In this document: piece by piece, positions 1 to 9,300 of the stretch
Position numbering within the stretch: the stretch's first letter is position 1
Layout of the letters: each line of letters begins with the position of its first letter
Assembly: GCA_000002435.2 (NCBI GenBank)
Contig: CM018790.1
Length of the DNA stretch: 64,000 nucleotides
Direction: 5' to 3' (one strand)
Source: Giardia intestinalis
Lineage: Eukaryota
Translations under genes and position numbers: made by a program
The notes under the pieces: generated by a model
Database searches by the model: none
The model's input: only the letters and a program-made list of their open reading frames with translations
What the model was told of the DNA's origin: nothing

Positions 1-2046
1 TGTTGCCTGGACAAGTATGATCTCCACGAGTGGATGACGTCTCCGTTTAACGGGGCCCTCGTAGACGTCTCTGGAGGGAAGACCAATGAGTGTTGTGACT
101 TCGTGGTTGAGTGTTTCTTTGGTTTCCAAGGACTCCTCATAAAGACTTTCATGACGACGTTTACCACGGCAGTTACGGCCTTCAGCGCTCTTTCAGAGGA
201 ATCCACAGAGTACTTTGCAGCGTCATTGACCCTAGACAGTGTCTTGACTGTCTTTGGGGCTATATGGCCCAGTCTCACCATAGACGTTGAGCACCTTGGG
301 GCCGATAGCTATGGGGAAAGAGGTACAGAAAAAGAACATGGGACGCCATTTCTTTTTGAAGACGCATACGGTATCTTTGATTCGTTATTTAGGGTGTGTA
401 GTCTCGTTCTTAAGAGGCCGCTCTATTGTCCCCTGACAGTAGGTCAGCCGGCGTCACTGGGTAATCTTCTCTTTCTGCGTCGGCTAGCGCTCCTTTTGAC
501 CTACGTTAGCGCGGCTATTTTGCCCGAGTTTGTCGATTCCTGTTTTAGCCTATTGCTTTGTTTTCTTCAGGCTCCTATGCTCACTACATCGTCACCCACT
601 GAGGCAGGGCCCCTCGAGGCCTACATGGGACTGCAAGTTCTGGCTGCAAATGCGATTTCTACCATAGTCACAGACATGAGCTCAGCCGATGCACAAAGAG
701 AGGCGCTGCTGTCAAGTAACCATACTCTTAGTATCTTAATTGCTGGAATAGATATTCTGACTGCTGTATTTTCAGATAGTTCCCGTCTTCCTTCTGATGG
801 ATACCTTGATGTGCACACAAGATTGGTCGAGAGTCTCCTGTCTTTTCTGAATAGCGAGCAGGATAACATGAAATTGGAGCGGTCGTTTTTCTCTTCATTG
901 ACCTCATCACTAGGGTCTTTAGTTGTAACAGCATCAAAATTCTTTGACCGGAGCTCAGCGCTTCGCAGATTGCTCAATTGTTACAGAGAGATCTTATTAA
1001 TACACATTTATGCCCTCAATTCAGAGTGCGAGGCTGACCTATCAGCCTCTCTAGAACTTTTTAGACTTATCTACCCTGTGTACATGGATACAATCCTGCC
1101 CCTCATTAACAGTGTCTTAATAGACTCAGCTCTAGAGATCGTTAGGGCTGTTCTGAACCTTCTGAACCTGTTTCCTCTAGTGGACAACTCTAAGGACTGC
1201 CTGGAAGCAACTGCTCTAGTTTTGTTTAAGTTGGTGTCCGTGACAAGGCAATCGGTGAGCTCTAGAGAGCTCGTGTACACACATACAACCGTAACGAATC
1301 TGATTATTACCATGATACAGCTATATCCAAAGTATATGGTGATGGAAGGGCAAGCAGTCACAGCTAGTTTTCTTTCTTACCTCTTTAGCTTCACGGAAGA
1401 TTGTGGAGACATCAATGGCTTTTATCAAGCCTTCTCCATTCTTATAGAGTCACTTGTTGATGTTGGCGAGTTAGCGCAGGTACTCTATAAGGGTGCCCAG
1501 TTCACTAGCGACCTTTCAAGGATTCGACAGTTTATGGATCGATATGCATACCTTCCATCGGATACGCCCCTGATACAGATTGATTCTCTGATAGCCATGG
1601 AGCTTCCTATATCCGCTATCCTTATCTATCTCTCAATTCGCTGTGCTTACACAAGCATCACTGCAGATTCACATCGGGACATATTACTGCGAGCGTACTG
1701 CTATGCTGCCCCCCTTGTTTACGCAACGGATACCTGCGTGAGTGTCCTGGGGAACGCAGATGCCTTCCTTACGGGGCTTTTTGATTTCGTCTGCAATCTG
1801 CTCCCATGTCTTGGCGACGCATTATTTAGTAAGAGGATAGCCACAGTCCTCCAGATATTTATCACCTTAGACAGTTACAACGGGCCTCAGGCATCCAGTA
1901 TTCATACTGTACTCAACCGTTGCATGCCACAGCTCGCACAGACTATTCAGCAGTTCAAGCACTTCAACAGGGATGAAGCAGACCCCACCTACACAGCCAT
2001 CGTGCGGGCCCTGGAAAGTCTGGTCGACAGACGAATGGAAAAGTAA
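1..2046 (+). CDS. Hypothetical protein, 5'-truncated by the window edge (C-terminal >680 aa)
   Basis: Frame 1 is open from nt 1 with no stop before the listed ATG at 34, so the ORF begins upstream of the window. Amino-acid composition is protein-like and leucine-rich, possibly helical-repeat. No recognisable motif. Confidence 0.5.
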   Translation, partial: CCLDKYDLHEWMTSPFNGALVDVSGGKTNECCDFVVECFFGFQGLLIKTFMTTFTTAVTAFSALSEESTEYFAASLTLDSVLTVFGAIWPSLTIDVEHLGADSYGERGTEKEHGTPFLFEDAYGIFDSLFRVCSLVLKRPLYCPLTVGQPASLGNLLFLRRLALLLTYVSAAILPEFVDSCFSLLLCFLQAPMLTTSSPTEAGPLEAYMGLQVLAANAISTIVTDMSSADAQREALLSSNHTLSILIAGIDILTAVFSDSSRLPSDGYLDVHTRLVESLLSFLNSEQDNMKLERSFFSSLTSSLGSLVVTASKFFDRSSALRRLLNCYREILLIHIYALNSECEADLSASLELFRLIYPVYMDTILPLINSVLIDSALEIVRAVLNLLNLFPLVDNSKDCLEATALVLFKLVSVTRQSVSSRELVYTHTTVTNLIITMIQLYPKYMVMEGQAVTASFLSYLFSFTEDCGDINGFYQAFSILIESLVDVGELAQVLYKGAQFTSDLSRIRQFMDRYAYLPSDTPLIQIDSLIAMELPISAILIYLSIRCAYTSITADSHRDILLRAYCYAAPLVYATDTCVSVLGNADAFLTGLFDFVCNLLPCLGDALFSKRIATVLQIFITLDSYNGPQASSIHTVLNRCMPQLAQTIQQFKHFNRDEADPTYTAIVRALESLVDRRMEK

Positions 2047-2071
2047 ACGAGACCGCTGGACCATCCCAGGT

Positions 2072-2662
2072 TTACTTGTTAGTCTTCTCAGTGAATATAC
2101 CCGTCTGGGCGAACGCGAGACGGTTGGCGGCAACCTTCTCTGCTCGCTCCTTGCATCGCTGCTCTGCCTTCTTGCGGCGCTGCTCAAGCTCCTCCTTCTT
2201 CTTCTTCTCGAGCTCCTGCTCCTTCTGCATTCCAACGATGTGCTCCAAGAGAACGCGCTTATTCTTGAACATGTTACCCTTAGCCTTAGCATAGAGGGTC
2301 TCATAAAGGTGCCTATCGATCTTTTCGTCGTCACGGTACCTGCTCAGCAGGCGACGGAGGACACGCTGGCGCTGAATCCAGAGAGTCTTCGAAGGCATAC
2401 GAGCCTCCCTGGTACCGCGGCGCTTACCGTGACCGCTGTGGCGGCCGAGGCGCTTAGCTGCATGGCGCGCACGAATACGACCGCGCGAAGAGCCCTTGAT
2501 GTCCAACTTTGCAATGATCTTTGACTCAATCAGGGATCGGATAGCCTCACGACTCGACGCCTGTTCGATGTACTTCTCATGGGCAGGGTTAAATCGAACG
2601 CGGCGCTTACCACATTTGAGGACGTCTGCCGCCAGGCGCTTCTGCAGCCTCAGATTAGCCAT
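2072..2662 (-). CDS. RPL19: 60S ribosomal protein L19e
   Basis: The N-terminus 'MANLRLQKRLAADVLKCGKRRVRFNP' and the basic K/R-rich body match the conserved eL19 family start (MVSLKLQKRLAASVLKCGK...). ATG confirmed at 2662. An AT-rich region lies upstream on the minus strand. Confidence 0.9.
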   Translation of the reverse strand: MANLRLQKRLAADVLKCGKRRVRFNPAHEKYIEQASSREAIRSLIESKIIAKLDIKGSSRGRIRARHAAKRLGRHSGHGKRRGTREARMPSKTLWIQRQRVLRRLLSRYRDDEKIDRHLYETLYAKAKGNMFKNKRVLLEHIVGMQKEQELEKKKKEELEQRRKKAEQRCKERAEKVAANRLAFAQTGIFTEKTNK

Positions 2663-2794
2663 GTCGGGAGGTCGAAAAAGTTCCGAGAAAAATTCATTTT
2701 AAAATCATTTCAAGTATTTTGTAACGCTTAGCAATTTTTATGGCAACTAAACATAAAATTGAAAAGCTCATTGAAATAGGACCAGGGAATAAAA
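2663..2794. promoter_or_regulatory. Short AT-rich divergent promoter region between RPL19 (-) and VPS25 (+)
   Basis: A 132-bp AT-rich spacer ('aaaattcattttaaaatcatttcaag...gggaataaaaATG') flanked by divergent start codons. Short AT-rich initiators next to the ATG are typical of diplomonad promoters. Confidence 0.4.
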
Positions 2795-3352
2795 ATGGCT
2801 TGTAAGGACGTTTTGGAATCTTCCGAACTGTGGTACTTTCCTCCGTTCTTCACCCTCCAACAGAAGATTGAGCAGGCGGACGTCTGCACTGAACAGCTCA
2901 AACAGTGGGACGCTCTTTTAATGAAGTGGTGCTATGAAGTAAAGTCCCGCGAGATTCCGAAGGATAACTATCTGGAGAAGGCGATCTTCAAGAACACAAA
3001 GATCAATCGCAAGGTCAGCGATGAGCTTTTCAGAGAGATCATCGATTGGTTTAAACGCAAGGGGCGTCTCGTCGAAATCAACAAGTCCTACTACCTTCTT
3101 TCTGCACCCGAAGATACTATTCCAGATTCCCTTCTCCGGCTCTTGAAAAACAATAACTTTACTGTGGGCTGCATTATTACCGTCTTAGAGTTAAAGAAGA
3201 CCATGGATAAAGACGCATCAGATCTGTTTGCTCTACCAGACCCAGTGCTCAAGAAGGCTCTCGAGGCTTTGCAGAAGAGTGGCAATCTTGCTCTCTATCA
3301 GGAGGGGCCGGTCTTTGGAGACGAAACGGGAATTAAAATCCTGGGCCTATGA
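2795..3352 (+). CDS. VPS25: ESCRT-II subunit Vps25
   Basis: It has the 'WYFPPFFTLQ' motif (Vps25 hallmark 'FPPFFTLQPN'). Length is 185 aa versus 176 aa for the human protein. The C-terminal 'KKALEALQKSGNLALYQEG...GIK' parallels human 'LRALQALQQEHKAEIITVSDGRGVKF'. Confidence 0.7.
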   Translation: MACKDVLESSELWYFPPFFTLQQKIEQADVCTEQLKQWDALLMKWCYEVKSREIPKDNYLEKAIFKNTKINRKVSDELFREIIDWFKRKGRLVEINKSYYLLSAPEDTIPDSLLRLLKNNNFTVGCIITVLELKKTMDKDASDLFALPDPVLKKALEALQKSGNLALYQEGPVFGDETGIKILGL

Positions 3353-3394
3353 CACTCTTGCTATGTTTACATGTGTTATTCTCTACGGCACCTC

Positions 3395-6300
3395 CTAATG
3401 GTTTCGCACAATGAATGCGGAAAGGGCAGCCACGCCTCCACCAAGCACGATACTGGCAGCTTCGCTTTTGGCGTCCATGCAGCAGTCTGTTAGTAAATTT
3501 ATTCCCTGGCGCATGTTGTCTATGGCCCGCTGGGAGTCGTACGCTGAGATGTCACAGGATGCCAGGTTGAGATGGTTGAATACTTTACGTATGGCCTTAA
3601 CAAGCTCCTGCTTTTGTGCTTTCGGTTCCTCTATGTCTGCAGAAGAAAGCTTTTTTGTTGCGATATCTTGTGATAAAGCAACCAATCGTTCATATACTTT
3701 AGATGCCAATTGAATGTTGCGCTTCGCGGGAGTCCCCCGCATGACCTCATCGAGAGTCAAACTACTTATTATAGCATAGCGCCCAAGGCAGTAGCTAAGA
3801 TAAAAATCTATAAAGTTCGCATAGTACATGCGTCGACAAGAAAGATCGTGCACAGCGTCTGCAAGGGCGCAACTCTCAACTGCAGGTTGATCCCCTATCT
3901 CCAACTGAGCAATGACAGAGGTGTCGTCCTTATACTCTACGGAGAAAGCGTAGAACACCTCTGTTACGGAATTGAAGTTGAGCAAAGTAACACATGTATC
4001 ACAGAACTCTCTAAACTTCCCTTCAGTAAGAAAGTTCTCTGTACTAATCTTAGACCAAACAAGGGTCATACTTTCAAAGAGCGAGCGCCTATAGCCACCA
4101 TACGCCACTAATATCATTTGCGAAAGATGTACTATGTCAATGGTATAGGCTTGCTTACTGCGCTGAACCAGCTTGCAACTATAAATGCTCTCGCACAGAC
4201 TGTACCTGCGCTTACTGCTCCAGTTGGGCAGTATGGCTTGTAAAAGCTCAGGTACCTCGACTAAATCCACAGCATCTCTATGAAGCCCACCAAGGGCCCG
4301 CTGGATGTCAAGATATGTGAGGTAAAAGTCAAAGTCTAAGTCACCGAATAGAAAACGCGCAAATAGGTAAATTTCGTTGTTCTCGTATTGATGATAGCAA
4401 ACAGAGACGATCAAGGACCATAAAAGCGATGTGACTATGGCGGTTACGCCATACTTGTTCTTGGCATAATATAGTAAAAAGTGTGGCAAAGACTCTGCCT
4501 CTTGCCGTGAGAGACCACCGTGAACAACGTTGAAGCTAAAAGATCTGCTCCGGGAGTCAGTGCCTTTTGTACTGTCTGCTTTTGTGATGTCTGCTCCACC
4601 TACTCCGTCAGGCACAGGGTCAAGCTCAACCTCGTGATCTCCCCGGCCTTCATCTTTCAGAGAAACTGTCAACACGTGTTCTACGGGTTCCTTGATGGTA
4701 ACGTAGGACTCTTCCATGTTGATCCTGGAACTATATATAGCCCTGATTAGCTTGAGAGTCCATATACTAGACTTTAGATAGGCGTTGGCAATTGGTATTC
4801 TAATATATGTTTTGTGCATTATGTCCACAGCACTTCCCGTCTCTATTGTAAAAAGTTCACAACGGTGAGGAGAGAGCTCTTGAAGTAGTTGTAGAATGGT
4901 CGGAAAGATTGACCTAGATTCATTCTTTCGGACATGTAATGCCGAATGTCTCAGGTACAGCACTGTGTCACCAGGTCTTGGTATCAGCAACTTCGTCTTA
5001 GAGAACTGCTTGGCAGTAATGCGAAAACCGTCCGTCAGGGAATCATTGGGTTTAGTTATATCTTCTTCTGTTATCGTCCTAGAAGGAAGATGCTTTATGG
5101 TCTCCACTAGATATTCAAACGTCTTCTGCATCTTCTGGCGAGTAGCCTGTCTATTCTGAGGCGACTGTTCCTCGCCTTTTGAAGAATTAGAGGAGAAGTC
5201 GTCTACAAGATCAACATTAGAAGAGAGAATACAGGGATAAATAACTTGGCTGTCATCAGAATGAGAATGTGCTAGTTCTAATAGTTCATGCGGGAGCGTA
5301 CAACGATGTCGCTTGAAGGATCCGAACTTTGTAACGAGGGCTTCAAACGTCCCACCAACAAACTGAAGTAATGGCCCTTCTGGTGGTTCAAGGGGATTAC
5401 ATTGGGTGAAGAGGACATTCTGGCCGTGCCTGGGATGGAGCCGCAAGTATGGGTGGCCAGAATGGGATGCAGTCACCGTATAAGATGGACGAGAATCACG
5501 GCCACGTGCATGGAGATACTCGCTATATGTTAGCGCAAGTCCTTGAGGATAAGTGTTGTCCTGTTTTGTTTTGATAAACGTGGTTGAGGAGAGCTGCGGT
5601 TGGAATTGGCCTTGGATATGATGATTGAGAATTTTGTTCTCAAGGCGACGGTTTTGAAGTGCTGTGCGTTCAGTGGTGGATGTAAGAGCTGGTGATTCCT
5701 TGCCAGGACCTAAATTAAACTTACTTTGCTGCTGCGCAAACAGTAGCAAACGTCCACCTCGTGCTTCCTCAGGGGTTAAGCTTTCTATTAAAAGTGACCC
5801 CTCTGCTATGTTATTCTTTTGTCTGATGGTTTCAGAGGCAAATTTATTAGCATCAATGCTTTGTCGCAAGCGTTGGGATGGAAGGGATTTGTGCCGTTGG
5901 GATACAGAAAGGAGCTCGAGAACGGTCTCCTTGTAAGTTCTAGAATTGTTGTCGACAAGATCGTCGTTGGCCATACTTAGAGCCATGTCCTCCCGAGTAC
6001 ATCGTAGAGATGTGTCAAGTGGCTGTGCGATAGAACCAGAAAGGTTACACCCGTCCAGTGGGCTCAACTGTTGAATGGCAGATGGTGACTCCATGTCCGT
6101 GGCAATATCTGCGGTGTCCTTAACATCTGAGTCTGGATTGAACTGCGATTTAGCCATGCTCTTGAGGTATGATGTTATAGGACTACTAGTATTAATTGCC
6201 GTTTTTGGCCGTTCACTAGCAGCTTTTAGATCTAATAAACTTTGTTCTTTGTTATGGAGGTTCCTCTGTTGAACAAGGGGAAGATGGTCTGGTGAGTTGT

Positions 6301-9300
6301 CATCGCTGTATTTTGTAATTCCTGACGGTCCTAGAAGCCCGCGTGTAACTAGGGGCAGACTAGTTGGCAAAGATCTCTGTAAAAGACTGAGCAAGGGGCT
6401 GGTGCGAGTCACAGGGTCATCAGTTTGCTTGATGTCTTTGGGAACTTTGCCCCCACCGTTATTTGCCTGAGAATCATTTTGAGGAATAAGCTGCTCAGTC
6501 ATGTAGATGTCTGGAAAGAGAGGAATATTAGTGAATCGTGACATAGTGAGATCAATGGCATTATCATTGTCTATGGGAATCGAATCGATACGTGTGACAT
6601 CGGCCGGTGTCTGCACAGGGGTTTGCTCCATTTGTAGTGGATCTGCATGCATAGCTGTAAAGAGCTTTTCAATAACAGAAAACGCGTCATTGACCAGGAG
6701 ATCACCGGTTGAAATTATTTCATCCAAGACCATGGGGGTTGTCTGCGTTGCAATAGTAGCGGTCCCAATTGCCATTTTGACTGCACCCGCTAGCTCTTGG
6801 GGAAGAGGGTGTGCCAGAAACATTGCAGATGCATTCTCTATGCATTCTGGTGGAGGTAGCAATGGATTTATAGAGTCGTTGATAAAGAAAATTGTGAGAG
6901 GTATCTGTGCTTTACCTACAGTGTCTTGATTATTCTCAATCAGGATAGTCTCTTGTCTATCAATAGCTGCGCTCAGAGACTTTGGAATATCATCAGGATT
7001 AAATGTAGCAAGGACTACAGAAGTAGGATTTCCTTCCACGTAATAGATATCATTGGTAAGGACTCTATTATCTTTTTCTATGATCGACATCAGTTCAGAT
7101 GTGCCCTTCTTGACTGAAGAGGTATCAACAAAGCTGATAGCCCCGTCACTAGTTTGTACTATGAGCCTTGGCTCCGACTTGTTTGTCTGTTGCATGGGAT
7201 ATCCAGGGTTTAATGGAGACGACAATGGTCTAGTTGCGGACCAACTCTTTCCGCGAATATTCTCAGAAACACGGGCTAAGATATCCTGTGTTGACAAACC
7301 GTAAAAGTGTCGCTTAGAGGGTGAACCGCTTTTTAGACGTGACGAGCTCTGTCTGCTATCAGTGCTTTTTGCAGGAGAGCCTACCCGCTTTGATTGCAGC
7401 AACATTGCGGGTGCCATAGAAGGCAGGTCTGGTACTGGGGGAGTACTGCCCAACGCTATTGTATTGAGATCTACTATACTCCCTATAGCAGGCGAAGACG
7501 TGCCCCGTGTTGGGCAATCTTTAGCAGAAAGTCTGCGCTGTGTAGATGGGCTAAGCTGAAATGATATCCCTTCTGAGTGTGCAGACCTGTCAGTACTAGA
7601 AGGCCGTGATTCATGAAGTGTGTAGCCGTCACCTGAACGGACGATCGAGTGCTTGACTGCGCAAAGGTTCCCACTTGCGTCTTTATAATATAGATATTTC
7701 TCTCCATTATCCATTGGATTAACCTTACCATTAACTGTCAGCAAATTCTGTTCTTCGCAAAGTTGCTCATACTCACAAGAATGGTTAGTCCCATTGACAT
7801 CCTTATCTAACTGAGTTCCTTGAGAACCCATTCTTTGGGTTTGCCGTGCACTTGTACACGCGCTTGGAAGAGGCTTTCGACCCGGAGAAACACCAAGAGC
7901 CCTGGGATTTGATAGCCTTTTATTGGTAGCAGTTAGTCTGGGTGTGGTTTGGTGTTTAATGGCCTTCTTTCTTCGAGCACGCTCTGCTTTGGATCTGATT
8001 TGGTCAACAACCCAATTGATGGTCTCCTTGGTACACATTGATAGATTGGCGTCAAGGAGTACTTCTATACTCGCTTGCTGATTGTCTTTCTGCACTAGCT
8101 CATCAGAAACAGGGCTCCTTTCGTCAAATAAATTATCTAACACTTGGGATAGCTTCAGTATGCCATTTGTCGTCTCGTTTGCCGCCACCGCTTCCGGGGA
8201 ATTAGCTTTATCAGTACTAGCATCAAGATCATTCCCATTCCGTTGTTGCAGAAGTAGTTCTTTCACCTGGTTATTATCCCGAATGAGCCTATTTGCATAC
8301 TCATCAAAAACTTGCAAGATAGAGCTATTGTACTTGGACTTATAAAGGAGATTCTGTAGTAGCAATATAACTTTGTCCTTTTGTTCCTGGGTTGTGGCGA
8401 GAGAAGCGATGGAAGTAATTTTTGCGTTAGCTGCCTTGACAGTCTCTTCGAAGATATCCACGCTATTGATTTGCAAATGTTCTTCATGAGACTCTGCATC
8501 AACAAAGAATTCTGTGCTCTCATCAATAAGCTGTGAGGATGCATACTGACCCCCGAAATCTACAGATTCCATAGATAGGTTTGGAGGTAAAGTCTCACCT
8601 TGCTGCAAGAAGTCCTTCTCGGGAGCAGTAGTGCGCGCACCCGTTTGATCATCGCGAGCTGGGACTGTCTTACTGGGATGCATCGATGGAATTGTACTGC
8701 TGTGATGAGTGCGCTTTTCAAGCTGAGTCGACGCAAATTCCTTGTCCAGAGATCGCGTCAGGAATTCGCCAGATCCATTATCCAACAGTGCATCATCGCC
8801 TTTCGGGGAGCCAAATTGATTAAGATGATCAAAATCCGAATCACATGGAGCCGAAGGACAATCTCCACAAGAAGGTCTTTGGTATACATCATAAGTTGTG
8901 ACTGAGCTTCTCTCATTATATTCTTTCCCTTGATAGTACTCGGCAAGTAATGTCTGTAACTCATTAAAGTCCTTGTCTGAGTCCATTGGCAAATGCTCAT
9001 ATTTATCCCTGTAAATCTGTAGTTGCCGATGCATATTTAGGAGTACATTGTGGGATTTTCTTAGAAGAAGACTGGTCGATGGAGCAGACGCGTCTGTAAA
9101 TTCGTTATCAAAGGAAGTATATATCCTATTTTCTGCTGATCCACTCGGTTCCTCGTTAGGAGCTGCTAAGCGAAGGTTCCTGACGGTGTCCATGACTGCA
9201 TCGGCGGCCTTCTTCTTTCGTTTAGCTTTTGCATCCATTACATAGCTATCTTTCGTCTGTACAGCAATGCCTTTAGCTACAAAGTATGACGAATACTGCC